A stretch of DNA of 64,000 bases from Octopus sinensis (GCF_006345805.1 NC_043003.1:23932001-23996000), one strand, 5' to 3'; positions 24,268 through 39,093 are shown, counted from the stretch's first letter. The notes: generated by a model not told the origin, from the letters alone. A program made the numbers and translations.

Positions 24268-27200
24268 CGTATGTATTTATATATTTAAATATGTATGTCT
24301 GTCTGTATGTATGTATGCCTCTGAAGTAATATCCGTATTTGTTCTTTGTGTGATGATAAATAGCTTACATATATTTATATTGTGTAGAAAATGGGAATCA
24401 CTAATCTACAACCCCTCGGAGGGAAGTTGAAATTTCATACTTCTAACATAAAGAGCATTTGCTTATTTCAACGCACACACAAACACGCACATATGCTGTT
24501 CTATCGAATTCGACGAAACATTGTTGCTTAACTTTGTCTACAAAATAAAATCGTACTTTCATGTGAATATCTTTATTACCAAACTTATATAGTTTTAGAC
24601 GATGTCTCCACACTTTGTTAACAGTGTATCATTGATTTATTTTAAAGACTAGTTTTTGTGACATTCTACCATGTTTTTATTGTTTTAGATTTCCAGCTCA
24701 TTCTTATTTATATATTTTGTATAGGTGTCTAGTTCACACTTTGAAAGAAGTGAAATGCGTATAGTCTAGCGGCATCCGTGAATTGACATCATACCTAAAG
24801 CGCCGTCTTCAATTCTCTTAGCTTGTATTACTAATAGATATATCGAGTAATTTTTTCGAGTGAATTTCCTGTATAAAATGTCAACATGGGGCAATGAATT
24901 ATATGAAGTAAGGACAATTTATAGCTCTAGATTTTTTTTATTAGCTTTCAACCTCGTTTAATTGTGATATATATATCAGGCACTCAGTAACTGAGCTGCA
25001 TGTCTAAAATTGTATTGAACAAGAAATCAATGGATGTATATATGTCGCTGACCAAGCTTTAAGAAATAGCAGCCAGATGTCGCTCTTACGCAGCAGTTTT
25101 AAAGGCAGGTGAGTATACAGATATACGTGATCGTAGGAAAGTTCATGGTGAAGAGGTCTTCATTATAAGTCTGTTAATGAGAGTTAGCCCAGTTAGTAAG
25201 TGGCAACAATAAAATGGTGTCTAGGAGGTCTATCGTCCGCGCTACAGAATACGTATAAATATTTATAGATCTTTTATGCAATTGTAACCCATGACGATAT
25301 ATTCATTTTTCCCCTATTCTTCCCTATTCTTTAAGCAACCTCAAAAGTCTGTCCGAAATATAGCAATAGTGATTCTGAAATATTCTCTTTATATCGTATA
25401 TTCTTAACATAGACTTCCTCGTCTCAATATCCAAAAATATTAGTAGAAATATATAGAGATTTTTAAGAGGAAAGATATAAAGCTTGAATGACCTAATATA
25501 TCACTGTTTCTGTATGAAAACAGATTCATTTCAGATGATCGCCATATCTCTCTAAGATTTATTTGCTTCGATGGACTAAGGTTCGCGTCAACTAGACACT
25601 TTTAAGAAAATCACTAAAAAAATAAACAAATAAAAAGAATTGGCAAAGAGATTAATTGGAAAATCAGTTGTGTGCGGTTTATCATCAATTATTCGTTTTA
25701 TTTCTTCTTCTAAGATTTATTCAAATAACGTTAAATGTCGTCTTTATCAATTCTTTCTACTTCCGGAACAGACATTGTCAAATGTTCTCAATAAAGTGAA
25801 TTATTTGAATAACGGTTGCCGTCTAAATTTGGCATGTGTTGTTACTTGACGGAATAAATACGAATAATTTGATTTCGCTTGAGCCGAAAACTATTTTCGT
25901 CTTGGTTAGATTTCTGAACCTGCACTATACATCATTGTAGAATACATTTCTTACACATTCATTCCAATCTATAAATTGAAATTTCAATAGAAGAGTAACA
26001 CAAGTTTTTCAAACGTTGTCGTCACTGTCTATCTCAACAAAGTGATTTCTGTAGCCACTGATTAATAAATCTTTAAACAAATGATTATACAATTGAATTA
26101 ATAGAAGCGAATATCTCTTGATTTTAGGTAGAACTTTTTGTTACTTGTTGAACAATGACCGGGTCTTCTCCTTCAATGCAGTGTATTATTTCCAGTCGAT
26201 ATAAATGAACGCTATGGTTATGTTTCAATAGCGAGTACATCCATGTACGAAGTGTAATCTATTATACGGCAAGCACTTCATGTGTGCTAAGAGGTAAGTT
26301 TTAAATAGGAAGATATTGAAAAGAATAATTAGTTATTATTGACTGACCTCAACAACATGTAAATATTTATATTAAAGTCACAACCTCAACAGCATGCTAT
26401 ACGTAAAATGAGCCAAAATGTGAAGCGCTATTTAGTTATTCATCTTCTTAGAAATTTCACAAAAATCTTCCGAACATCACACGTATTTGTCTCAAAGAAA
26501 TGGAAGATAGGTCTAAAAAGAAGAAGTCTGATTTGTTTTGGAAGGAAAAGTGGAATGATCGTGCTATAGGAACAGTGGAAAAAATATCTTCCATTCAAAG
26601 TATTTCATGATCTGCAGCCAAACACAATCACACTCACCAACAACAAGTATTACTAATACATTTTTCAATGCCAAAACAACGTTATACTCTTGCACTTCTG
26701 CAGTCTATTAAATGTTCTATTGAAACACGACAGCAACTCTATACACTTAGAGCAACTCTAAATTCTACGAGATAGTAAACTTACGCAAGAAAGAGAAAGA
26801 TCATTTTTCAAGAATGGTATTTCCCTTGTTACTAGAAATCAATTTAAGGCAGTAAGATCTACGAAACATATTCCCAAAACAGTTGAAATAACAAAATTTA
26901 TTTTCAGTTTACTGATGGTTGATAACCAATATATTTTTAGAAGTTTGGAGAAGTTTTAATACGTTGGTTTTATCATTATTTTTTTAGATATAATTCGGTT
27001 CTATATAATTCCTCAGACGACATTACCTTTTATCGTATTAACAGAACAAAATCTTCCATTATACAGCTTATTATTATATGAAATTGTACGAACCGTTCCT
27101 CTGTGTAATGGTTTTCATTTTTTTCTCAGTTAATAACGGAATTGATATCCAGCTGAGGATGCAATGCACAGATATTCCTTAAATTCAACAACACTATTCG

Positions 27201-28260
27201 AATTATACTTCTCGTCTTAGATCAGAGAGACGGCTGAAGAATTTATGAATCGAATTACATCACTGGCACACGGTAATTTTCCATGACACAAATGACTTTT
27301 AATTTTTATCTTGCTTCTTGTAGAAAATTGACGCCCTTTTGACACAGCAAAAGTATGTAGAATCTTCACATGGGTATACTAACTGCAAGCAAGAAAGATG
27401 TTCATCGATTTGAAAAAAACATCGCATCGTTTTGGCAATGGAAGTATTGTTTGGATACATTACTTAAATAATAGGATGAAATATTTATGGCTGGCATGCC
27501 CAGCATGAGCACAGATACTCGAGGTATACGAACGGACACAATGTTAAATATTCACGAATAAACTTCATGGAAGCTACAAATGTAAGTCGTATGATGTAGG
27601 AGAAAAACCCTATGCTCAAATACATCGGAATAAACGTAGAGATTGTGTTTGGAAGTGTTATGAGAGTGTCTCTATATCTCTAAACATGTTTCTCAAATAA
27701 ACGTCCATTTTATTTAAGCTGACAGGAATTACCCAATATTTCAGAAATTACAAGTGGAATTTCAATTAAACATACCGGTTCCATTGACTTATATAGCCTA
27801 AAACAAGTTTGAATTTTTCAACTGATAAAGGAATCAACATTCAGTACTGGGTTCGCTAGCTAAATTGTGTAGGTTAAGCTTGTGGTTATAATATAAAGAA
27901 ACTAAACATGTGAGCTTACGAGGTATCAAACTTTCCCAGCTGTAGTAAATACCGTTATGTGACATAGATTCAACAAGGAATCGCTTCACCAGCAAAATCG
28001 TCATGATTTTAATTTTAGAATCCAATAAGCTTATAACGTCAATAATTGGTGTCATGTATGCGAGATTGATTTGAAATGGATAATTAAAGAAGCTTGCAAA
28101 ATGTAAGCTTTTCTCTAATCGAGATGTCACATAAACAGATGAAGGCGCTAATAAATTTATAGCAAGTGATTCTTTGGGAAGTGCGAAGGAATCCTCTTAG
28201 ATGAAATTGATATTTAGAGTGTGCGATATTCATATTTAACTTAACAAATATTATATATAC

Positions 28261-28299
<39 letters not shown>

Positions 28300-28457
28300 A
28301 GTGTGTATGTGTATATGTGTGTGTGTATGTATATATATATATATATATATACACATACATACATACATATATATGTATGTATGTATGTATATATATATAC
28401 ATACATACATATATATGTATGTATGTATATATATATGAATATATATATATACATACA

Positions 28458-28493
<36 letters not shown>

Positions 28494-28559
28494 TGTATGT
28501 ATGTATCGTCAGTATATCATAAATCCGAAAGTGAGGCACACTCTAAGCTATAGAGCAGT

Positions 28560-29680
28560 AGAGTTTATATATGAAGATAGTTATGGTCGGTCTATGGGGT
28601 TGCCCAGAGTTTGCGTCCATAAAACGCTTAGCTTTACAGCCTAATGGCCGGTGGCCTATAACCTTTCTTCAAAGTGGGGGAAGAAAAATGTTGTGCCTAG
28701 TTGTTGATGGACGGACAAAGGAGAGGGTTAAGAGCGAGGGATTGTCTCCCGCAGACCGGTATCCGAAATGGACCCGGTCGGCTTCTGGGTCCCAGGATAT
28801 CTGTAGGAATCTCCTGAAGTTTAAGCAGAGTCTGAAGTCTTCAGTCGTGGAATTTAAAATGTTACCCTGGTTGAGGGAGGTCTTTGATATTCACAATCTA
28901 AGAGTCTTCAATATTAAGAGTATTTTATTCAACAGCCCTAGACCACGAGCAGAGGCGGGATGCTCGTGCAGGGACTACAGCGGATGCCTAGTGGGAGAGC
29001 ATTTGCTAGACCAAGAGGGTCGTTAACGACGCTGAGGTAGAATGTGACCCTAATATCTATAGCAGCTTTCCCAACTACTGCTCCAGTCGCGGGAATGGCA
29101 GTATTAATGGCAACGGCAGCAATTCTAACGGAAATAGCAGCAACTCAATCGCAAATGATAATGCTAATAATGATAACAACAATATCACCAACGGCGATGG
29201 ATATACCTGTACCAACAGCGCCAACACCAACACCGCCACCACGATTCCCCTGCGCCAGCATTATCGACACCAGCACCAGCACCAACAACAGCAGCACCAG
29301 CAGCAGCAAAAGTAGCATCGTCAACATCAAAAGAAGCAGCATCGCCAGTTGCAGTATACGAACATAAACTGGGTGTTCCAGAAACACATTCAAACAACGC
29401 CTCTCCTACAACAGATGCTCGTTTAGGATCCCGGAAAGGCTATACACCACATCTTTGGCCAGCCATGTGTGACACCTGAAGGACGAAAGGATTCCATACG
29501 CCATCTCATGGAAGATCCTAGACAAACCGAGCCCCTACATCCTATCAGATGCTACTACTCCGGAGAAGAGTAGACCTAAACCGTAGTTCCATACTCGTCA
29601 ATACCCGGGAACTCACGTTCCTAAGCCCCACTACCGGATGAATTGTTATGCCATTCCCAGGACATAAAGATATACCTGCC
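28560..29680 (+). mobile_element. Penelope-like element (linker + GIY-YIG) with a low-complexity insertion; may extend upstream to ~27850
   Basis: GCSCRDYSGC..C*TKRVV.DAEV (GIY half), then RT*TGCSRNTFKQRLSYNRCSF...TTSLASHV*HLKDERIPYAISWKILDKPSPY (YIG half). Weak RT-like similarity at 27850-28240. Confidence 0.75.
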
Positions 29681-30198
29681 AGCATAGTGGTGATTTGAAT
29701 GAACGTAAGAGAAACACTAAAAAATAAGCAACAATTTTTCTAAAGTTCGATATGTAAATTTTATCGTCGTTGATAAACAAATTTCAAAGATGCAACTTCT
29801 CTTTCTTTGTCACAACCAGTTTCCACTTCTACGAAAATGCTAAAAAAGTAGAAAGAAGCAAAGACCACAGACGCATATACTCCCAATCTCATACACAGAC
29901 ACAGACATATATGTATATATACACACAAGCTCGCGCAATGACGTATATGTATATAAGGGCATACATATTTATGTGTCTATTTTTCGTTTTTGTTTTCTCT
30001 CTTTTTCTCTTCCTCTCACCCTACACACACATATATATGTATGTATATGAATATATATGTACATATGTAAGTATGTACGTGTGTATGTATGTATGTCTAT
30101 ATAAATATAAACAACGTTGGTTTTGTGTGAAAATGTACTTATGATGTATGCATGTATCACTCTATCTATATATATATATACATAGGTATATATATTTG

Positions 30199-30292
<94 letters not shown>

Positions 30293-30971
30293 ACACATAT
30301 AAACATATTTATATGTACAAAGACAGAATAGTCACAGCACATATATATGTGTATGTATGTTGCTATGCCTGACTGGCAGTCCCTGAGATTGTTAACCTGT
30401 AAAAACCGGCAAAATTAACGTCAGCTCGCATCTTTGTATCTCAAAGGGTACTTAGCATTTCGATAAACAGAAATCGATGGAACAAGTAAGCGACTTAAAT
30501 AGGTACAATGGTTTATTATGAGTGGCTAAAATTGTAGTTTGTGCCCCAGCATGGCCAAGTTCCAGAAGCTTACACAAGCAAATTGTGTATGTCATCGACC
30601 TCAAGACATCCATAAAAGATCACGTTGTTTTCTTTCTCTGAACACTTCTTACAGATGAGCAGCTTAAGAAAATCCTTAATCGATATGTAATAGCTCTATT
30701 GATCTATCGTCTTACATCACATATTGATAAATATTTGCACCGAATCTAGTTTACGTGTATCTAAATTCTGTTCTGTTCTTCATAGCCATTGCTCTTTGCT
30801 GCAATATATTGTCACTTTCTTGGTTAAACCGTACACACACATACACACACACACATTCATACACACACACGCGCGCGCGCACATTCATATATATATATAT
30901 ATATACAGAGAGGGACAGAGTGAGACACGGATACATATATATATATGTATTCTTACATACAACGTACACAA

Positions 30972-31002
<31 letters not shown>

Positions 31003-31018
31003 CACACACACATACACC

Positions 31019-31049
<31 letters not shown>

Positions 31050-31630
31050 GCACACATATATTTTGATACATACAATGTATTGAACAGTTTATCTATATAT
31101 TTATCTGCCTCCTTCTGTCTCCAGATCTCGCAACTGTGTTTTCACTGACACATTATACACATACCACACACAACCTTAAAAATTGGAGCTCAGACTAGAA
31201 GATAAAAATGTTAAGAATTGTTTAATAATCTTTTCTGCAAATCCTCTCCTACGGCATTAAATTCAAATCAGGTTAAACATGTAATGCCATATATTGACAC
31301 AGAGACTAAAGCGATATATTTTTTTTTTATTGTTGACGTTTAAGCAGAGATCTAAATACACACACATACACAAATTTATATACACATAAATACACATACA
31401 TACACAAATTTATATACACCTGCCATTATTATATGTAAAAATACATACATGGGGATATGCATAAACCGTGATATATATTAATGATTACTACCCTGTATAG
31501 TTACGTATAAGAGCAGTCAAATATTAATGGAAGTATCTATCACTCAATATGTCCAAGTATAGGATCACCTGTATTTTGCTAGAGAAAATAGTCGTGTTCT
31601 TCGAAATTTAGCTGGTATTTCGCTGCATGA

Positions 31631-31675
31631 GACTGAATGATAAAGCCAAGACTGAATGATAAAGCCAAGACTGAA
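31631..31675 (+). repeat. 19-bp tandem duplication
   Basis: gactgaatgataaagccaa twice, plus gactgaa. Confidence 0.85.
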
Positions 31676-31715
31676 GAAAATTTAATGCCACTGTCAGGCT
31701 TTTCTTATTAAAAAG

Positions 31716-31930
<215 letters not shown>

Positions 31931-32050
31931 CATGCATGCATGCAGATATACATGCATATCTACATACATACATACATACATTCATACATACATACATACA
32001 TACATACATACATACATACATACATACATGCATACATACACGCATGCATA

Positions 32051-32383
32051 CATAAGAGACCTGATATTGTTCTGTGGGACAGGGAACAAAAGTCATGCAA
32101 TTCTGTAGAGGTCAGCTGCCCAGCAGATGTCAAAGAAAAATCAAAAGTCCCGGAACATGAGAACATAATGAAAAAGAGAACATTTAAACCGGAACCTGCA
32201 CTCCTACTATGAATTCTCATTTGTATCTATCATCATATGTGCATCAGGTTATGTACAAACAAATTTACACAAAGACCTAGAAATACTTAGTTTCACAGAA
32301 GTGGAGCAAGAGAAACTAACGCGGATTCTCCAGTTCCAATCTATAAGTGACGGAGTGAAAATTTGTAGACATTTCAAAATTTC
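32051..32383 (+). mobile_element. RLE (R4/Dong/NeSL-like) LINE 3' end, restriction-like endonuclease domain
   Basis: HKRPDIVLWDREQKSCNSVEVSCPADV (PD..D/E-X-K-type motif), followed by ...IIICASGYVQTNL..DLE.LSF...KLTRILQFQSISDGVKICRHFKI. Confidence 0.8.
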
Positions 32384-32950
32384 TTATATGAGATTCTTAT
32401 GCGCACACATGGATGCATGCACTTGGGTGTAATTCAACCAACACATCAACTACTCAACCACATATTTACAAACACAGGCAATTCTTATCTCAAAAATCTT
32501 TTGTTAACCACTGGCATGAAACTCTCTCTCTTTCTCTCTCTCTCGAAAAGAAAACATACATATAATTGGGAGTATGGTGGTCACCACAGTAGCATTTAAT
32601 TCAAGAACCATGGTAGAGAAATCTTTGGATATTAGTGTAAAGGTTACACCTTTTCATTAACCAAAGAATTGCTGGTTATATTTCATTCGATTATTATAAG
32701 AAAACATTGGCAATCGAATGTATATCAAATAAGTATGCGAACTTCCTCACAAGCAGAATAACAATAGTTTTGAGGAAAACAGAACTCACATCAATGTTAG
32801 GACCGTTTCTTTGAACGAACATCATTTATATTTTATTATAAGTAAAATTTTATTACATATAAAAGTTGTGTAAATTTATGACACAAATTTTCAGTTGATT
32901 TACTTCTACAGATATTGTAATATCATGACGGAAGCCATACCCTATAATCT

Positions 32951-33008
<58 letters not shown>

Positions 33009-33085
33009 CAGAAGTAGTCATAGTGATACTATTATTCTCAGTAGTCTGATTGTTCCCGCCGTATCTTCAGTTCTTATAAGCCTTC
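32951..33085. repeat. (AGT)n plus 72-bp unit, copy 1
   Basis: 33014-33085 matches 34013-34084 at 71/72 positions. Confidence 0.85.
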
Positions 33086-33803
33086 GATCCATGGTCTGTG
33101 GCGCAACCCTGCACACAGCAAGTTAAAAGACCTATCAATTATGATGTCGATTGTCACTCGCTATGTTACGCCTCAGTGAGGTCTAACCTCTCTGGCCTGA
33201 TTTCCACGCACAAAACTTTCTCTCATCACCTTAAATCCTTAGGATTCTAACGTGAAAACTACCTTCCGCTTTTTACTTATTCTTTAATGCTTACTTTTCA
33301 AGTTTTAATTTTTTCAAGTTTTAATTTTTTCGAGTCTTACTTCTAACATCTATAACCTAGTTTCGCAACTCTCTGACTTCTGTGTCTCCTCCTTCCTTTA
33401 CCAGCGCGCTATACAACCGCTCCCACTCTGCTGACATGTATCCTTGCTTGACAGCCCTGTTCTCTGCGTCGAGTTCATCTCCTTCTATCATTATTCATAT
33501 CTATATAATCATTGTCACCGGCTGAGTTGAAGTGGGAGGTGAAGAGAGTGAGAGAGATAAAGTGGTGGTGTTCAGCAGTAAGAGAAAGACATTGCTGTAA
33601 TGTTGTTTAAATGGTGAGTGGATTGGAGAGGTAGACAGCAATAGAGACAGAGAGAAAGGGAGAGATAGAGACAGTGTGTCTGAATGTGTGTTTGTGTGTG
33701 TGAGTGCGCGCGCGTGCATTTACTGTGGTTACATAGACAATGCTACCTATGTGGTCATTGTCACCATCTCAACAACTAAATGCTTCAGAAAAATATAAAG
33801 TGA

Positions 33804-33839
33804 ACCACTGCCTAGCACACTGCATCAGGGCATTTATTA

Positions 33840-33891
<52 letters not shown>
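33804..33891 (-). mobile_element. Terminal fragment of the TAA-associated element plus (TTA)n
   Basis: accactgcctagcacactgcatcagggcatttattatt versus gccactgcctggtactgcatcagggcatttattatt at ~3405-3450. Confidence 0.6.
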
Positions 33892-33894
<3 letters not shown>

Positions 33895-33944
33895 CCCTCC
33901 TCCAAAATTGGTGGACTTGTGCCAAAATTTGAAACCATTATTAT

Positions 33945-33945
<1 letters not shown>

Positions 33946-33998
<53 letters not shown>

Positions 33999-34084
33999 CA
34001 GCAGCAGCAGCTGTAGCCATAGTGATACTATTATTCTCAGTAGTCTGATTGTTCCCGCCGTATCTTCAGTTCTTATAAGCCTTC
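33946..34084. repeat. (AGT)n plus 72-bp unit, copy 2
   Basis: See 33014-33085. Confidence 0.85.
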
Positions 34085-35044
34085 CATTCTGCGCCTCGAA
34101 GGAATCTTTCAGATATATGGATTCGTATTTATATCTTTGCTTCTCTAATATGTGCGTGTGCCTATGTGGGTATATGTGTGCGTGTATGCAAATGTGCGTA
34201 AGCATGTGTCTGCGAGAGTGTGTTTACGTACGTGTATATGTGTGCACGAGTCTTTTAATAAACACCAGTGTTTGCTTGTGGCGAAATGACAAGAAAAAAC
34301 ACCTTTGACAATGCAAACAGTATATTATTCACTCAAACATAATAGACGTTTGCGTTTATTGAGAACAAAGATAAATATTTAGACGTACACATATAGCAAA
34401 GTGAAATCATTTTAAACTAAAATCCTCTGTTTCTTTTTGTGTATTTTTTTAATCTTTCAAAGTAAACGTCTGTTGGAAGACATAAAATGGGATTCGAATT
34501 CTAATGTAGGAATTGGAAATGCAATGATATGATTTAGAGCTTCGAGCACAAGAGGACTTTTCCTTTTTTTTTTTGTTTTTCTTTTTCTTTCATCAACCAC
34601 CTTCTCATGATAAATGCGAAATCACCGCTGCTTCTCAGGTTACAGTGTTGAGGCTGGGGAAAACGTAATGTTGCTAGAAAATATAAAAATGCAGCTGCGT
34701 ATATGTTGATTATTGATTGGTGGATTGAGCTGGAGATTGTGTAAATGATGGCTGTAAGATTCAGAATTAAAGGGGGGGGGGGAAATGGACGTAATTTAAA
34801 TGGCAAAGACTTTGATAAATAATTTAGTAAAATCAATTTTTTTTATTTAATATTATGTATTGGAATCTGAGAATGTAATCAAAGAGAGATCAAAATAAAT
34901 AGATTAATACGTAATCAGCATATAAATATATCCACGTGTGTTTGTGAGTGTGCGTGTGCATATACGTGCGCATATATATATATATATACATACGTATATA
35001 TGTAGATTTATATACACACACACATATGTGTGTGTATATGTATG

Positions 35045-35105
<61 letters not shown>

Positions 35106-35289
35106 GCATTGTCCTGACTAGTGCTGACAAACAATGAATATATATGTCTGTTTGTCTCTTTCTCTCTCCCTCTCTCTCTCTCTCCCGCTTTCTTTCTTTC
35201 TCTTTTGTGTGTGTATACACACACACACGCACGCACATACGCACACATATATATAATTGTGTGTTAAGAAACTTATTTCCCAATCACAT

Positions 35290-35560
35290 CGTCATGTGTT
35301 CAGTCCCATTTCGTGGAAGCCTGGGCAGATATCTTCTACTATAGACTTGGTCCGATGACGAGCTTGCCAGAGTATTTGGCAGACGAAAATTGAAAGAAGC
35401 CCGTCCTACATGTGTGTGCGTGTGTGTGTATGTTAGTGTGTGTGTGCGTGCGTCTATGTGTGTGTGTTTGTGTGTTTATGTCCGTATTTGTCCTTTACCA
35501 ACTTTGTGTTTACATCCCTTAGTAGTTCGGCAAATGTGATTGATATAAGTACATCAACAT
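35290..35560 (+). mobile_element. Diverged SINE family A
   Basis: gttcagtccc...gggcagatatcttctactatag...gacgaaaattgaaagaagcccgtc...gtgtttacatcccttagtagttcggcaaa. Confidence 0.6.
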
Positions 35561-35565
35561 AAATC

Positions 35566-35880
35566 ATGCATAATTTAGGAAGAAGATTCGCCAAGGGTAT
35601 AAAGAATAAAGCCAAACAAACATACATAACATGTAAAAATAATGAAACTTTAATTAATTTTATACCAGGTACCAAACCTCAATCTAATGATATTAAGAAT
35701 GCTGGAAATATAATTAACAACAGTAACAGTAGGACGCAAGTGAATAAAATGTGTAACTGTAGAGCCCCTAAAACCTGTCTGCTTGCAGGATAATGTCTTC
35801 GATACAATGTGGTGTATAAATGTATAGTTAACGAAAATATGCATACAAATGCATGTGCCTTTGTTTGGAGCTACATATTT
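35566..35880 (+). mobile_element. Penelope-like GIY-YIG N-terminal fragment
   Basis: NKMCNCRAPKTCLLAG*CLRYNVVYKCIV...FGAT. Confidence 0.75.
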
Positions 35881-36135
35881 TGTTAAATATATAACTATAC
35901 ATACCTAGCAATTTTTCATATATCACGTGCCTGTGTGCGCGTGTGCGTGTTTTTGTATGTGTTAGCTACTGTATATAACGAAAGAGCATGACAGGACAAG
36001 GAAGAGCAGCAATTGGTAAAGATTGTAAGTTCTATATAAATGTTGCCTGTTGATGTACGTTATGACATAAATATAATAAACCACCTTGTTAATGTACCTT
36101 ATAATTATAAGACAGCGTAGCCATATGTATTTTGT

Positions 36136-36381
36136 GGAGGCGCGTGGCTTAGTAGTTAGGGTGTCAGCACCATGATCGTAAGATTGTGGTTTCGATTCCT
36201 GGACCGGGCGACGCGTTGTTTTCTTGAGCAAAACACTTCATTTCAAGTTGTTCCAGTCCTCTCAGCTGGCAATAATGAGTAACGCTGCAATGGACTTACG
36301 TTCCATCCAGCTAGGGAACACATACGCCATAGAAACCGGGAAACCGGGCCCTTGAGCATGGATAGGCTTTAAAAGGGCGCA
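36136..36381 (+). mobile_element. tRNA-derived SINE family D (distinct head/body; tail shared with family C copies)
   Basis: A box tggcttagtag and B box ggtttcgattcc. Body cttgagcaaaacacttcatttc...cagct; tail gaaaccgggaaaccgggccc...aaaagggcgca. Confidence 0.85.
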
Positions 36382-38380
36382 GTTATGTTTTATTTTATAT
36401 GTATTTTAGGCGAGGTTGTTACCTGCTGGCTGAGAAAGAATTGTTTTTCCACTTAGTTGCATGTGCGTATTCAATGCAACGCAGAGTGGGCTGTTGCATT
36501 CAATCTGATTGTTGAATGTTTTATTTTTCGTTCTCTCAGAGAAGTATTTGCAGCACCCGTAAAACTTCTCCAGTCCTCATTGACAGACAGGTCAAAAGAT
36601 GTAAATTGCTGTGTACAGATGACCTAACGTGAATGCTTACAACACAGCTGAAATCGCAAAATGCACCCAGGACTCAGGTGGTTAACTTAAAACTGATGTC
36701 GAATTATGTTTGCCATCCTCTAATAGGTTTCAACACAGTTTCCATCCATCAAATTCACTGACAACGTTGTGGTGTCCCTAAAGGACATTTAACAGATAAC
36801 AGAATGACGCTGAGAAATTTTGGAAAATTTAATGTGACGTCGTTCAATAATTTCAAAGGCGGTCATCTCTATAAAACAAAGTATTTTCACAGAGATTTTG
36901 AGCCTCCAATACACAAGTCAACTTCTAATTCTTTATCTGTTAGATAATTTCCTTTCGCCAACATACATATATCTGCAGGTTGTACGAGCCAACGTGAAAT
37001 CGTTTACAGGGTCATATGAACTGCCTGAAAGTGTAATCTAAATTCCATCTTATTTTCTTAAGACAGAAACGACACCCGGTTATTCTAATCGTAAAGATAT
37101 CGTCGTACGCATGATTGACGATGAATGCGCATGGGTTTTAATTTTTATAGATCCACGTGGGTCAATATAGAGGCCACAGCTTGAGTGGCAAACTGCATCG
37201 TGAAAAGATAGTGGTACACTGAATCACTAAAAAAGATTACAGAGGCCATTATGAGAAAGAGACCGAACAACATGAATCTGAATGCGATATATTTCACCAC
37301 GATATTACTCGACTGTATACACTTCTGGTAATAAATCATGCAATCGGTAAGTACGTTAAGTTGTCAGTGGTTTCCCATCAAACGTACAGCCCAAATATAA
37401 CACCACTCAACTTCCAACTGTTTGATGCAATGAAAGACAGTCTTCCAATGGCACAGAATATGTGAAATTGTCTGTAATTAAGTGAGTAAGGTAATACTCA
37501 CCAAAAACTTTTCAAAGAGGTTTTTAAAGATTAGATCAATGATAACGCTTGGGATAGAGAATTTGAAGCGTAGAATCTTTATATAGACTAAACTGAACAA
37601 TTTGAACGTCTCGTGTCACTTAATTAACAATTCCTTCCAACGTTTGCAATATTTTTAGCATAATATTCACATACAGAAAGGTACTCCTTCACTACGTATT
37701 TTGCTTATTAGCTAACTACGACATCATTTCCTCAGAGGAGTGAAATTTAATTGTTTTTAATTTTCAAATTTCGTTTAAAATATGTTTGATCTGCCTCTTT
37801 TCCCTGGGGGTGAGATATTTTTGCTATTCTGCCCAAGAACTTATTGTATAGAGGACACGTAGTGTGCATTTTGTAAGATATGGCCAGCCAGTCCGCTGAA
37901 TCTGATGTCGTGTAACGGTATCGAAGCGGGTAGTATTAGGTTGTACGAAAACATTCGCATTTCTTTCCTGCTATACCAATGGAAACGTACAACTGAGATA
38001 TACGCAAAATGTGGTGAATCATATCACTGCGCAAAAATATATATAACAACTGAATCTACGTTGCAGTGATTCATACATGAATCAATGGTTATTTATGTAA
38101 CCTACCTAATTTGTATATAAATTGAAAAGATGGATAGACATCAGCAGAAAATCTAATTGAATATGAAGCATCTTCAATACTACTTACATATACTATGGCG
38201 TATTGAGAATTTTGAGCTGATTGTATACCTAAAATACAGTATAAGTAACGTATCATGAGGAATGGGGGAAATATTTATTATATACAAAGTGAGATAGCTT
38301 TCAAACCGGAGAAGTTTTTCAGTAAACAGTAACACTATAAAAGGTGAAACATAGAAATAAAAGTGAAATTGGGAACAATG

Positions 38381-38419
<39 letters not shown>

Positions 38420-38594
38420 AATAACAAGTCAAATATATTTGTCTGTATAGGTGTTAGTAAGAGAGATCTGGGTGTCTTATTCATATGTGTGTATATATAC
38501 ATGTATGTATGTATATACATACAGAGCTAGAAAAAGAGAGAAAACAAATAGTGAGGGATATATGCCATGACCATTATTTTTAACTTGTTATATG

Positions 38595-38708
<114 letters not shown>

Positions 38709-38995
38709 TATGTATATTTACAAATAAATCACACAGATATATATATGCACGCGCGTGTGTGTATGTTTATGTGTGTGTGTGCTTATATGTCTGTATACAT
38801 ACAATAATTCGGCACGGTATTGCAGAAGAAGTACTTTTCCAAATTATATGATAAGTATATATTTGCAAATACTATTCAGAACATAACGTCTGGTAACTAA
38901 AAAAACACACAACTAGGTCTCCGATGGACAAACACATAAATATATATATAAATATATGCATAGATAGGTCTTTAGATTTATGTATATGTATATAT

Positions 38996-39040
<45 letters not shown>

Positions 39041-39043
<3 letters not shown>

Positions 39044-39093
39044 CTTCCTGATGATTTCTCTTGAATGAAACAGTTCTAGTCCTGTAGAAGCTC
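39041..39093 (+). ncRNA. Type I hammerhead ribozyme motif
   Basis: GAGCTTC-CTGATGA-T TTC TCTT GAA T-GAAA-CAG ttctagtc CTG-TA-GAAGCTC: perfect 7-bp stem I, intact core, stem III, GUA cleavage triplet. Confidence 0.8.

Noticed and set aside
30370-30580. Segment ending gtgccccagcatggcc (possible further SINE with a CR1-like tail)
   Set aside because: Only the short tail motif matches; head and body have no homolog in the window.
37150-37352. Possible exon (ttttatag| ... |gtaagt)
   Set aside because: The only long frame contains an in-frame TGA and has no recognisable similarity.
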